Assembly (NCBI GenBank): GCA_021323865.1
Contig: JAJPKF010000006.1
Location: forward strand, 16,772 to 80,771
Direction of reading: 5' to 3'
Origin: Pseudomonadota bacterium
Lineage (GTDB): Bacteria; Chloroflexota; UBA5177; JAJPKF01
DNA length: 64,000 nucleotides
Part shown: in pieces, positions 8,509 to 21,048 of the stretch
Layout of the letters: each line of letters begins with the position of its first letter
Position numbering within the stretch: the first letter of the stretch is position 1
Translations under genes and position numbers: made by a program
Notes under the pieces: model-generated
What the model was told of the DNA's origin: nothing
What the model saw: only the letters and a program-made list of their open reading frames with translations
The model's database searches: none

Positions 8509-10475
8509 ACCGGCTGTCCGGCCATTGTCTCGTGGTGAGTGAGGATGGATGCTCCCTGGGGCAGACGGAAGGTCACGGTGAGGCCGCTCCCATTGCTCTC
8601 GGCCCAAATCCTACCGCCATGGGCTTCTACGACGCCGCGACAGATGGCCAGGCCCAACCCCGTGCCCTGGGTCTCCCGAGCGAGCGAGTTGTCCACGCGG
8701 AAGAACCGTTCGAAGATGCGATCGAGATCGTCTGGGGTGACACCCGTCCCATCATCGGAGACCGATATCTCCACCTCACGAGTTTCTGGCATGGCCCGAC
8801 CGGAGACGAGGATGACGGTACCGGGCGGAGAGTACTTGGCGGCATTCTCGAGCAGGTTGATGAGCACCTGAGCGAGGCGATTCTGATCGGCCTCGATGGT
8901 CGGGAAGCCGGGAGGAAACTCGAGCCGGTAGATGTGTGGCGCCAGGTCGGCATGGCTGGACAGCCGCTCGATAACATCCGCCGCGACTTTGGGGATGAGG
9001 ACAGGTTCCTTGTTCAGCGTGAGCATGCCGCTGCCCAGACGGGAAAGATCGAGCAGGTTCTCGATGAGCGAGGACAACCGGTCGCTCTCCTCGTCGATCA
9101 CTTGGATGAAGTCTCGTCGCGTGCCATGATCCCAGTCGTCATCCAGGAGCAGCGTGGCGGCATACCCTTTGATGGACGAGAGCGGCCGCCGTAGCTCATG
9201 TGAGACGACGCTAATGAATTCGTCTTTCAGACGGTCTACCTCGCGAAGAGCGGCTACCTCGGCCGCCTGATCGAGCAGCTCGGCATTATCGACGGCGGCC
9301 GCCAGCTGCATGCTCAGCTCGGACAGTGCCGCCGTCTCGTCCGCACCGAGCTCACTCGACCTAGCGTCACGGATACCGATGAGTCCGATGGGCTGGTCGC
9401 GAAGATGGATGGGCCAAGCCAGCCATGGATGCATCTGGCGGCAGGCGCATTCCTCGGTGGGCAGCGACACGAGGCATCCCTCCACCTTGGTCATATGTAC
9501 GGGTTGTCCGGCGAGACTGGATGCATCCCGAACTCGTTGGATGAGGCACGATGCCGCGGCACCGGCTCCGCCGACGCCGATGCCGGCCGCGGTCAAATCT
9601 CCGCGATGGGGCTGGATCGCGATGATGATGGGCCGGCGGTCCGTGAGCTTGGCGAGACCGTTCAGGGCGGCGTCACAGATGGTATCGAGGGCTTCGTTTG
9701 AGGAGACGAGGCGGGTCAGCTCGTTGATGGTGGCCAGCCGGGCGGCCTTGGATTCGTTTTCCCGAGCTTGGAGTGTCAGCCGGCGAGACGCGCCCCGAAC
9801 CAGCCCAAAGAGAGATAGATAGAGCACCAGGAAGCCTCCGCCGACGCCGAGAATCACGAACCGACGAATGGAATCGATCCGCGGCTGAAGGCCCTTCATA
9901 TCGTGATAGATCTCATATGCCCCTATGACACTGCCCGGCTTGACTCCCCGAATGGGCACATAGGTCTGAAGGAGTGGGCTCCCGAAGCGGCGGTCGTCGA
10001 CGTTCTCGCGATCACTGAGATCGGAGAGGGTGGATGACGTTCGCCCATGAAGCGCATCGCGCAGGCCCGCGTCGATGCCGAAGTTGCGGCCCACGATTCG
10101 AGGGTCATCGGAAAAGAAAACGGTGCCCCGCCGATTCCAGATCTTGATGCGAACAATGTGCCCCTGGCCGGCGCCCTGAGAGCGTTTGATGTCGAGCACG
10201 AGTCGCCGCAACTCGCGATATTCGCTGGCCCGTACCGGATGCTCCATCTGTCCGGCGGTCAAATGGCTCCACAGCAGGGCGTCTACGAGAGCGCCTCCCT
10301 CCTGACCCTGCTGGGTAAGGGCGTCACCGATCAGACGCTGCTGCAGCATCCAACCGAAGAGAAGGGCAATCGCCGCCATGACCACGAAGCTCAGCACGGA
10401 AAAGCGCAGCAGCAGGTTTTGGCGGAGGGCGCGCCTGGTTGGGGATGGATGCGGAGGACCGGAGCCGGGTCTCAT
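8505..10475 (-). CDS. Membrane sensor histidine kinase (2 TM, extracellular sensor, GAF-like, HisKA/HATPase)
   Basis: VSHELRRPL, NLLENAAKYS, DDGTG, GTGLGL; start uncertain (ORF extends to 10592). Confidence 0.9.
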   Translation of the reverse strand: MRPGSGPPHPSPTRRALRQNLLLRFSVLSFVVMAAIALLFGWMLQQRLIGDALTQQGQEGGALVDALLWSHLTAGQMEHPVRASEYRELRRLVLDIKRSQGAGQGHIVRIKIWNRRGTVFFSDDPRIVGRNFGIDAGLRDALHGRTSSTLSDLSDRENVDDRRFGSPLLQTYVPIRGVKPGSVIGAYEIYHDMKGLQPRIDSIRRFVILGVGGGFLVLYLSLFGLVRGASRRLTLQARENESKAARLATINELTRLVSSNEALDTICDAALNGLAKLTDRRPIIIAIQPHRGDLTAAGIGVGGAGAAASCLIQRVRDASSLAGQPVHMTKVEGCLVSLPTEECACRQMHPWLAWPIHLRDQPIGLIGIRDARSSELGADETAALSELSMQLAAAVDNAELLDQAAEVAALREVDRLKDEFISVVSHELRRPLSSIKGYAATLLLDDDWDHGTRRDFIQVIDEESDRLSSLIENLLDLSRLGSGMLTLNKEPVLIPKVAADVIERLSSHADLAPHIYRLEFPPGFPTIEADQNRLAQVLINLLENAAKYSPPGTVILVSGRAMPETREVEISVSDDGTGVTPDDLDRIFERFFRVDNSLARETQGTGLGLAICRGVVEAHGGRIWAESNGSGLTVTFRLPQGASILTHHETMAGQPV

Positions 10476-10612
10476 ACACGCAATAGTACGCGCGTGAGTT
10501 GCGCCGTGGGTGGCCGTCTCACTGATAAACTCGGTTGTCTGGCCGCCCGGCATGCCGTTTGTGTCCCGCTCGGTCCCGAGAGCGGTCTGCACCTGCCGAG
10601 GTCTGGCACCCT

Positions 10613-11425
10613 GTGCTTCACACCATCTTTTCCACGTTCTCTCGCTTCGGCGTGTCCAGCGCCGTCGATATCATCATCGTCGGGCTGATCTTCTACGGGC
10701 TGCTGATGGTCGTTCGAGGCACCCGGGCAGACCAGATCCTGCGGGGACTGATCGTCGTCTTTATCGTTCTGGCCGTGGCCACCTCGATCTTCCATCTCAC
10801 CATGGTCGAGTGGCTGCTCCGGAACAGCCCTTTCGTGCTGCTGGTCGGCGTGCCCATCATCTTCGCCCCCGAGCTGCGTCGCGCTTTGGAACAGGTGGGC
10901 CGTTCGAGCGCCCGGCTGAATCATCCCTGGTCGGCCTTCGCCACGCAACCACTCCGGACCACGGCCATCGACGAAGTTGTCTCCGCGGCTTCGCGCCTGT
11001 CGGATCAGCGATACGGGGCCCTCATTACCTTGGAGGGTGTTACCGGACTGCAGGAGTACGTTCGCAGCGGGGTGCGCATCGATGGGGAAGTGACGGCAGA
11101 TCTCATGGTCAGCATCTTTCTTCCCAGCACGCCGCTCCACGACGGGGCCGTGATCATTCGCGGGGATCGGGTGATCGCGGCCGGGTGCGTCCTTCCGCTG
11201 AGCGACAACGTGCGAGACTCGGCTCTGGGAACGCGGCATAGAGCCGCCATCGGAATCACTGAGCTAACCGATGCGACCTGTATCGCGGTCTCGGAGGAAA
11301 CGGGCGCAATCTCCATAGCTCGCGGAGGCCAGCTCTCACATGTCTCCCCGGAGCGGCTGCACACCTACCTGACGGCCTTCTATCGCCGGCATGCGCCGGA
11401 GCCGGCCGTTGCCGTGGGCACATAG
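10613..11425 (+). CDS. cdaA: Diadenylate cyclase
   Basis: Three TM helices, FAPELRRALEQ, PLHDGAV and GTRHRAA motifs; GTG start inferred. Confidence 0.93.
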   Translation: MLHTIFSTFSRFGVSSAVDIIIVGLIFYGLLMVVRGTRADQILRGLIVVFIVLAVATSIFHLTMVEWLLRNSPFVLLVGVPIIFAPELRRALEQVGRSSARLNHPWSAFATQPLRTTAIDEVVSAASRLSDQRYGALITLEGVTGLQEYVRSGVRIDGEVTADLMVSIFLPSTPLHDGAVIIRGDRVIAAGCVLPLSDNVRDSALGTRHRAAIGITELTDATCIAVSEETGAISIARGGQLSHVSPERLHTYLTAFYRRHAPEPAVAVGT

Positions 11426-12741
11426 TGCGGAGAGCAACATTCCCGGATATCTGGCGTGGCCCACATGGCCGTGCGGTGTTACCCCGGTCGCGCGTGTTTG
11501 GGGAGAGCGGTCCCAGCACGCGTCAGCGGTTGGCAAAGCTGCTCACTCCCGAGTCCCTGTTTCGACTTGTTCTCGCCTTTGCGCTGGCCACTGCCCTTTG
11601 GCTGTACGTGAACGCCCGCAACACTCCCGCGGCCTCCATGCCATATGGCCAACCAATTTCCATCTCTGCGGAAAATGTTCCGCCGGGGCTCACGGTGAGC
11701 AACGTCCTGCCCTCCGTCCATCTGATGATCCGCCCGTTGGCGGCAGGTCTCACAGTACCGCCGTCCAGCTTCCCCGCCATCGTGGATCTCACCGGCCTGG
11801 GAGCCGGCATACACCGCCATGTCCCGGTACAGGTTGGATCGGACCAAGCGGTCCCGGTGGTCAATTACCGCCCCCGCTACGTCGTGGTGGATCTACAGCA
11901 CGTGGTCAGCCGGCCGGTTCCCGTCACCATCCATGTCCTCGAGGCGCCACCGTATGGGTATGCGCTCAAGTCAGGCAGTCCCAGCGCAAGCCCATCGACT
12001 GTGAAGGTGACCGGACCAACCTCATTCGTGAAGCAGGTGACCCGTGCGGTCGTCTTCGTCTCCCTGAGCGCCGCGCGCTCGAGCCTCAACTCGAACTTTC
12101 CCGTGACGCTGCAGAATGCTCAGGGAAACGCTCTGCCCACGAGTGCCACCGTCTCGCCGGCCAGAGTCCGCGTTCATGCAGGGATCAAGCAGCTCGCCTC
12201 TTACAAGACGCTGCCCATCCTGGCGCCCATTCGGGGTCAGCCGGCCGCCGGGTTCGGAGTGACCTCGATCCAGGTGAGCCCCTCCGGCATCACGGCATAC
12301 GGCAGCCCTCACGTGCTCAATCGCCTGCGCTACTTGCGCACGGCGGCTGTGAATGTGTCCGGCATGCGTACGGGTATGCGCCGATTTCGGGTGCACCTGC
12401 GCGTGCCAAAACGCGTCTTCTCGCCAACTCGCCACGTTGGGGTGACCATCGTCGTGGGTCCGGTTAGCGGAGCCGCCTCTACCCGTGCGGCAGTGGTTCC
12501 AATCGGATTGGCCAAGGGAGACGCGGTCACGCTCTCACCAGGCGCCGTGTTGGTGACGATCGTCGGGCCATCCCCCTCTCTTGGGGCACTGGGCTCGCGT
12601 GTTCGCGCCCAAGTGAACGTCGCGGGTTTGGGGACAGGGAGTTACCGTTTGGCCATACGGCTGATCCACCCGTCGAGCGTGCGCATCGATTCCGTTCGTC
12701 CTGCAGTGGTGACCGTCACCATACGTCCCACTAAGCACTAG
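11425..12741 (+). CDS. cdaR: CdaR/YbbR-repeat regulator of diadenylate cyclase
   Basis: LALWLYV-type TM followed by YbbR-like repeats (PSTVKVTGP); coupled to cdaA. Confidence 0.82.
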   Translation: MRRATFPDIWRGPHGRAVLPRSRVFGESGPSTRQRLAKLLTPESLFRLVLAFALATALWLYVNARNTPAASMPYGQPISISAENVPPGLTVSNVLPSVHLMIRPLAAGLTVPPSSFPAIVDLTGLGAGIHRHVPVQVGSDQAVPVVNYRPRYVVVDLQHVVSRPVPVTIHVLEAPPYGYALKSGSPSASPSTVKVTGPTSFVKQVTRAVVFVSLSAARSSLNSNFPVTLQNAQGNALPTSATVSPARVRVHAGIKQLASYKTLPILAPIRGQPAAGFGVTSIQVSPSGITAYGSPHVLNRLRYLRTAAVNVSGMRTGMRRFRVHLRVPKRVFSPTRHVGVTIVVGPVSGAASTRAAVVPIGLAKGDAVTLSPGAVLVTIVGPSPSLGALGSRVRAQVNVAGLGTGSYRLAIRLIHPSSVRIDSVRPAVVTVTIRPTKH

Positions 12742-12746
12742 AGCCG

Positions 12747-13490
12747 ATGGCGCGTGTGGGCGCTAGCCGTCGCAAGACGCCATTCTGGCGGCCGGCGGGT
12801 GGCTCCGAACGGCACGTTCATCCCTCGGATCTGCTGGGGTCCATCATCCTTGGTCTCAACGACGGCATCGTGACAACGTTGGTCTTCGTCCTGTCGGTCG
12901 ATCAAGCCAGCGGAAATGCCCATCATACCGTGGTCGTAGCGGGCCTTGCCGAGATGCTGGCCGGCGGTGTGTCTATGTTCCTGGGGGGCTATACGGCGGC
13001 GCGCGCCATGCACGAGGCCTATCACTATCAGGTGGAGGTTGAGCGTCAGGAGATCCGGCAGGAGCCCGAGGAAGAACGCGCCGAGGTGACTGAAATGTAC
13101 CGAGCCAAGGGGTTTGGAGGTCCGCTGCTCGACGCGATCGTCCATCACGTGACGAGCGATCCGGATCGATGGCTGCGTGTTATGGCGCGAGATGAGCTGG
13201 GTGCTCCGCCGGAGGAAGGGAGCAAATCGTGGCAGGCAGGGCTGGCCGTCGGCCTCTCATTTATGGCCGGCGCCCTCGTCCCCCTCCTGCCCTTCCTGGC
13301 CCACATTTCGCCCGTGGGTCTGGTCTCGATTGTCTGCTCGGTCGTGGCGCTGACCATCACCGGGGCAGCCCGCTCTCGTTACAGCCGCAAGGAGTGGTGG
13401 ACGAGCGCCGGGGAGATGGTGGGCATCGGTCTGGCCGGCGCAGGGGCAGGTCTGCTGATTGGTTATCTCCTGTCCCTAGCGGGCCAGTGA
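12747..13490 (+). CDS. VIT1/CCC1 family metal transporter
   Basis: ILGLNDGIV, AGGVSMFLGGY, EEERAEV and GALVPLLPF motifs. Confidence 0.88.
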   Translation: MARVGASRRKTPFWRPAGGSERHVHPSDLLGSIILGLNDGIVTTLVFVLSVDQASGNAHHTVVVAGLAEMLAGGVSMFLGGYTAARAMHEAYHYQVEVERQEIRQEPEEERAEVTEMYRAKGFGGPLLDAIVHHVTSDPDRWLRVMARDELGAPPEEGSKSWQAGLAVGLSFMAGALVPLLPFLAHISPVGLVSIVCSVVALTITGAARSRYSRKEWWTSAGEMVGIGLAGAGAGLLIGYLLSLAGQ

Positions 13491-13521
13491 TCGTGGGCAA
13501 GGGCCGCCAGCTCACACTGCC

Positions 13522-15096
13522 GTGAGCCGGATTCCTCAGGCATGCGCCGCCAACGGCATGGTCGCTTCGGCTCACTATCTGGCCTCGCAAGCCGGGGTAT
13601 GGATGCTGCGCCAGGGCGGCAATGCCGTCGACGCCGCTGTCTGCGCCGCGGCCACCATCGCGGTCGTCGCGCCGCACTTGAACGGTGTTGGGGGCGATCT
13701 GTTCGCACTCGTGTGGTCCGATGGGGCCCAGGCGCCTGTCGGCCTGAACGCCAGCGGCAGGTCCGGCAGTCTGGCCGGAATCTCCCGACTGCGCAGCCAG
13801 GGCCACGAGGTCATGCCCGCCCGCGGACCTCTGGCGGTTTCTGTCCCCGGAGCAGTGTCGGGCTGGGCGGCCCTTTTGGAACGCTTCGGCCGGACGCGCC
13901 TGTTCGACGCCTTGCAGCCCGCCATCGAATACGCCGAGAACGGTGTTCCGGTCACTCAGAGGCTGGCCGGGGCGATTGCTGGCAACCGTGAGCTGATCTG
14001 CACGGATGCGGGCATGACTGCGGTCTTCACCCGAAACGGCCGGCCGCTCGCGGAGCGGGACAGCTTCCGCAATCCGGACCTTGCCGCGTCCCTCGCCGAA
14101 ATCGCGAAAAGTGACGGCGAGGCGATGTACCGAGGGGGATTGGCACAACGGCTGGTGGACGGCCTTCGGTCAGCCGGAGGGCTGCTCAAGCCCGAGGATC
14201 TTGCCGGTCACTCGGTGGAATGGGTCGAGCCAATCTCGACGACGTTTCAACGTCGCACCGTTTATGAGCTGCCCCCGAATACTCAGGGCGTTTGCGCTCT
14301 GGAGTTGCTGAACCTCGTAGAGACGAGCGATCCTTCGTCCATCGGGCACAACACCGCTGGCTACATCGACGGACTGGCGAAGGCAATGCGGCTGGCGTAC
14401 GAGGACCGCGATCGTTACGTCACAGATCCGACCTTTGCCGACATTCCGACGGCCATGCTCGGCTCGAAGGACTATGCGCAGCGGCGGTGGCGGGAAGAGC
14501 CGGCCCCGGTTTCAACCCGTGACGGTGACACGGTTTATCTCTGCGTCGTGGACGACCGGCATGGGGCCGTGTCCTTGATTCAGAGCAACTACATGGGATT
14601 CGGTAGCTTTGTCATGCCCGCAGGCACGGGAATACACCTGCATAACCGAGGCAGCTACTTCTCCCTCGATCCTGATCACGTCAACCGCCTGGAACCCGGC
14701 AAGCGGCCCATGCACACGCTCATTCCGGCCATGACGGCGCTGGAGGGGCAACCCGAGATCGTGTTCGGGTCCATGGGCGGAGACGCGCAACCCCAGTTTC
14801 AGCTGCAGGTGCTGCAGAACCATCTGCGCTTCGGGATGTCACTGCAGGAGGCGGTTGAGGCAGCTCGGTTCGTTTTCGTGGGCGAGAAGAACGGGCCGCC
14901 GAGGATTGTCTTGGAGGCCGAGCGGTTCCCGCGTGAGACCGCGGAGCAACTCACTCTCCGCGGATACGACGTTGACTCCGTCGAGGCCTGGAGCGGCCTG
15001 ATGGGCCACGCCCAGGCTATTCGCATTGTGCCGGAGTCGTCTCTGTTGGAGGGAGCAGCAGATCCTCGCGGTGACAGTGCCGCGCTCGGGTTCTGA
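13522..15096 (+). CDS. ggt: Gamma-glutamyltransferase family protein
   Basis: GGNAVDAAV, GGDLF, catalytic DTVYLCVVD, PGKRPMHTL and ADPR. Confidence 0.92.
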   Translation: MSRIPQACAANGMVASAHYLASQAGVWMLRQGGNAVDAAVCAAATIAVVAPHLNGVGGDLFALVWSDGAQAPVGLNASGRSGSLAGISRLRSQGHEVMPARGPLAVSVPGAVSGWAALLERFGRTRLFDALQPAIEYAENGVPVTQRLAGAIAGNRELICTDAGMTAVFTRNGRPLAERDSFRNPDLAASLAEIAKSDGEAMYRGGLAQRLVDGLRSAGGLLKPEDLAGHSVEWVEPISTTFQRRTVYELPPNTQGVCALELLNLVETSDPSSIGHNTAGYIDGLAKAMRLAYEDRDRYVTDPTFADIPTAMLGSKDYAQRRWREEPAPVSTRDGDTVYLCVVDDRHGAVSLIQSNYMGFGSFVMPAGTGIHLHNRGSYFSLDPDHVNRLEPGKRPMHTLIPAMTALEGQPEIVFGSMGGDAQPQFQLQVLQNHLRFGMSLQEAVEAARFVFVGEKNGPPRIVLEAERFPRETAEQLTLRGYDVDSVEAWSGLMGHAQAIRIVPESSLLEGAADPRGDSAALGF

Positions 15097-15131
15097 GTCG
15101 CAGCACCCTGCTGACGTCGACCTGACCTGCT

Positions 15132-18041
<2,910 letters not shown>

Positions 18042-18129
18042 AGCTCGTAAAACTGGTAGCGGGAACTCGCGGTCGCCGCGCGAAGTGAGACCGCTCCCGT
18101 CATCCTCCCATCCTTCCGCTGACTTGCGA

Positions 18130-18147
18130 ATTGTAACATCTGTTCGA
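18130..18147 (-). promoter_or_regulatory. LexA (SOS) box overlapping extended -10 of uvrA
   Basis: Minus strand CGAAC-AGAT-GTTA overlapping TGtTACAAT. Confidence 0.65.
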
Positions 18148-18457
18148 ATTTAATTTGGCCTATTCGGCCGCGTTGTAAGCCGTGATCTGACTCACATTCC
18201 TCTGGTTTTGGTACGCCTCTGGAGGCGTACATCGTGGCGCATCTTGATCCGAATCCGGCTCCCGGCACCCGGTACCGCAACGCCGTGTGGGCCTCCGCAG
18301 AAGGTGCGTCTGGCGGGTCCAGTGAGATGCTGCCGGGGCGGTGCAGTCCGATTCCTGGGCGCAATCGCTGACCCGGCGGCATGCCCGCACGGTCCTGTTC
18401 CACAGATCCGTTGTGCGCGGGCGCACCCTGGTTTTCCGGGCCCCGTCCGTATACTAG

Positions 18458-18994
18458 TTGAGTCGATGGCCTCTCCGGAGGGTGGCCGTCGGGCTGTCCA
18501 AGGCGGTGGTGATGATCGTCAGGGAAGTCATATGCCCTCGGTGCCGCGAGCAGGTCGCGCCGGGAGCGCCCTGGTGTGCCCATTGTGGCTGGGACATGGT
18601 GCTCCACAACCAGCTCGAGATCCAGAAGCGCCTGGAGGGCGAATCTGAGCCGCTGCTCAGCGTTTCGTTGGATGCGCTCCTGGTCGGAGGCATACTGGCC
18701 TCCGTTTTCGCGGTTGGCGAGGTGGTGCTCTTCGCCGCCTCGTGGAAGGTTGGACTGGGCGTGTGGATCGCGGTGCTGGTGATCGCCTTCTTCGCCCTCT
18801 CCGAGCAGATCGCTCCCGGCCCGGCAGCCACGCGGGCTCGGGGATATGAGCCGCTTCCCTCTCGCTATGCGACCGTGCTCTACCGGCAGCACAATTGGGC
18901 GCCGTCGTCGCCGGTCCGGGGCCTCCTGATCTTGGTCCCCCTCTTCATTGCCATTGCCGGGATTGCCATCTTGGAGCGCCAGATTCCGGTCTAG
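18458..18994 (+). CDS. Hypothetical membrane protein with N-terminal Zn ribbon
   Basis: CPRC..CAHC plus three hydrophobic segments; start uncertain. Confidence 0.6.
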   Translation: MSRWPLRRVAVGLSKAVVMIVREVICPRCREQVAPGAPWCAHCGWDMVLHNQLEIQKRLEGESEPLLSVSLDALLVGGILASVFAVGEVVLFAASWKVGLGVWIAVLVIAFFALSEQIAPGPAATRARGYEPLPSRYATVLYRQHNWAPSSPVRGLLILVPLFIAIAGIAILERQIPV

Positions 18995-19169
18995 ACCCCT
19001 GTTGAGTGAGTGACCGGCCCGATGCGGCCTGCTCTTCCCTGTGTCTTCGGCCAGATGGCCCCACATCATGTCTGTGCGATCCGACGAGAGAAGTCGAGCG
19101 ACGAGGGCGCGGGAAGCTGCGCCGCCGGAGGGGCAGTGAGAATCCCAGCCGTCGACCTATGCCGGCCGC

Positions 19170-19940
19170 CTAGTAGTACGCCTCGGGAGGGTGACGGAGA
19201 GATCGCCACTGCTCCATATCGTGGCCAAAGATGAGGAGACCCCCGGTCTCGCGCGCGAGCGCGAGCAGCCTGTCGCCAGACCTCTTGGCCTGATCGGGGT
19301 CCTGGGCCACGCTGTAAACCCCGGCCGTGACGTTCGCCCGAGAGTAGATGGCATCGATGCTCAGGATCACGGTGCCGGTTCCCGGCAGCGTCACCACCAC
19401 TGAAAGGTGTCCCGGACAGTGGCCCGGTGTGACCAGCAGCGTGACTTCGGGCGTCAGCTGAAAGTCGGAATCGATGATGCGGTACCTGGGTGTCCCCGCG
19501 CTGGAATCTGTTCTCGGCAGTTGCCGGCCGATCGACTCGGTGTAAACGTCCCGGTGGACCACCGGCTCGGCGTTCGGAAAGAGAGCCACGTTGCCGGCAT
19601 GGTCGAAGTGGGTGTGTGTGACGACGACTACGTCAATGTCCTGGGGCGACAAGCCGCAGGCATCCAGCTGAACCTCGGGATCGTCTTCAGGAACCAGCTC
19701 GAGCTGCATCTCCTGCCGGACGGGCGCGTCGGGAGGCTGGTCGAACCACGGCTCGGCGATGTGACGGCGATCTGGGCCTGAGTCGATCAGGACTCGACGC
19801 CCCTCGCTCCCGGTGATCAGGAAACCCGGAAAGGGGATCGAGCCCCACGTGCCGTCCAGGTGCCCGGGGACCATGTTGCCCAGGTCCCATCGCATCCGTC
19901 CAAAGTTGAGCAGGTGTAGAGATGGCCGAGTCGTGGTCAT
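19170..19940 (-). CDS. N-acyl-homoserine lactonase family MBL hydrolase
   Basis: THTHFDHAG, PGHCPGH, SIDAIY and FGHD, AiiA-like. Confidence 0.8.
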   Translation of the reverse strand: MTTTRPSLHLLNFGRMRWDLGNMVPGHLDGTWGSIPFPGFLITGSEGRRVLIDSGPDRRHIAEPWFDQPPDAPVRQEMQLELVPEDDPEVQLDACGLSPQDIDVVVVTHTHFDHAGNVALFPNAEPVVHRDVYTESIGRQLPRTDSSAGTPRYRIIDSDFQLTPEVTLLVTPGHCPGHLSVVVTLPGTGTVILSIDAIYSRANVTAGVYSVAQDPDQAKRSGDRLLALARETGGLLIFGHDMEQWRSLRHPPEAYY

Positions 19941-20185
19941 AGGTTAAGGAGCCGGAGCACAGCCAGCCCGGCGGCGACTCCCACGAGGTCCGGTACCACC
20001 TGGAGCTCGCCAAGCTGCGGAGTCTGAATGTTGAGGCCGTCGACGATTGCCTCAGCCACCGAGAATCCCGCCAAAATCACCACCCAATACAGTGGCACGC
20101 GTCGGAGGGAGTGGGCTCTCAGAATCTGGTAACCGAGCGCTGCCAGGAGGGAGACCAAAAAGGCGATGAAGAGCCATGGAGGCAC
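19937..20185 (-). CDS. Small 3-TM hypothetical protein
   Basis: Hydrophobic 82 aa; 4-nt overlap with the lactonase start. Confidence 0.65.
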   Translation of the reverse strand: MPPWLFIAFLVSLLAALGYQILRAHSLRRVPLYWVVILAGFSVAEAIVDGLNIQTPQLGELQVVPDLVGVAAGLAVLRLLNL

Positions 20186-20340
20186 TCGTGCGCTAACGCC
20201 TGGGTCCAGACTTGCCGCGTCGCTTCCAGGTCGCGGAGCGGGCTCGCGGAGGAAGGCTCCGCAGGCGCGGCCGCCTGTCTAGATCCCCCTGGCCCTGGGC
20301 CGTTTGCACTCACCATCATACAGGGAGCGCGCCGCGAGTC

Positions 20341-21042
20341 TTACGCCGCCTGGCTGCGCAGAAAGGCCGGATACTCGCTCTGCGGGAGGTCGGACACGAG
20401 CTTCCCACGGTCGAGCACCAGAACCCGACGACCCAATGCATCGACAATGTGCGAGTCGTGGGTGGCGATGACGACCGTGATGCCACAGCTGTTGATGACG
20501 GACAGCAACCGAATGATGCGTTCAGTCGCCGAGGGGCTCAGATTACCGGTGGGCTCGTCGGCCAGGATCACGCGGGGTCGGTTCACCAGGGCCCGCGCGA
20601 TGGCCACCTGCTGGCGCTGCCCTCCCGAGAGATCGGTTGGGAAGCGATCGGCCAGATCCTCCAGGCCCGTGAGGAACAGTACGGAATCAGTGCGCTCCCG
20701 TGTCTCAGCCTGGTTCAGCCCGGAGGTTTGGAGCGGGAGGGTGACGTTCTCACGCACCGTTCGCGTCGCCAGAAGCCGGACGTCCTGAAACACCGCGCCC
20801 ACCAAACGACGGTGGCGGGCGAGCGCTCCCGCGCGCAGTGAGGAGATGTCACGACCTTGGAACAGGATTCGGCCCGAGCTGATCGACTCCTCTCGAATCA
20901 GGAGCTTGAAGAAGGTCGTCTTGCCTGCCCCGTTCGGACCGACGAGGAACACGAAGTCGCCCTGAGGAATGGCGAGGCTCAGGTCGGACAGGGCTTGTAC
21001 TCCGCCCGGGTAAACCTTGCCGAGCTTGCGAGTGACGATCAT
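20341..21042 (-). CDS. ftsE: Cell-division ABC ATPase FtsE
   Basis: GDFVFLVGPNGAGKTT, VFQD.RLL, LSGGQRQ, LADEPTGNL and ATHD. Confidence 0.8.
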   Translation of the reverse strand: MIVTRKLGKVYPGGVQALSDLSLAIPQGDFVFLVGPNGAGKTTFFKLLIREESISSGRILFQGRDISSLRAGALARHRRLVGAVFQDVRLLATRTVRENVTLPLQTSGLNQAETRERTDSVLFLTGLEDLADRFPTDLSGGQRQQVAIARALVNRPRVILADEPTGNLSPSATERIIRLLSVINSCGITVVIATHDSHIVDALGRRVLVLDRGKLVSDLPQSEYPAFLRSQAA

Positions 21043-21048
21043 CCGGCG

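Noticed and set aside
7789-10592. Calling the two-component system kdpDE
   Set aside because: Kinase lacks KdpD N-terminal/USP and 4-TM architecture, and no kdpABC is nearby
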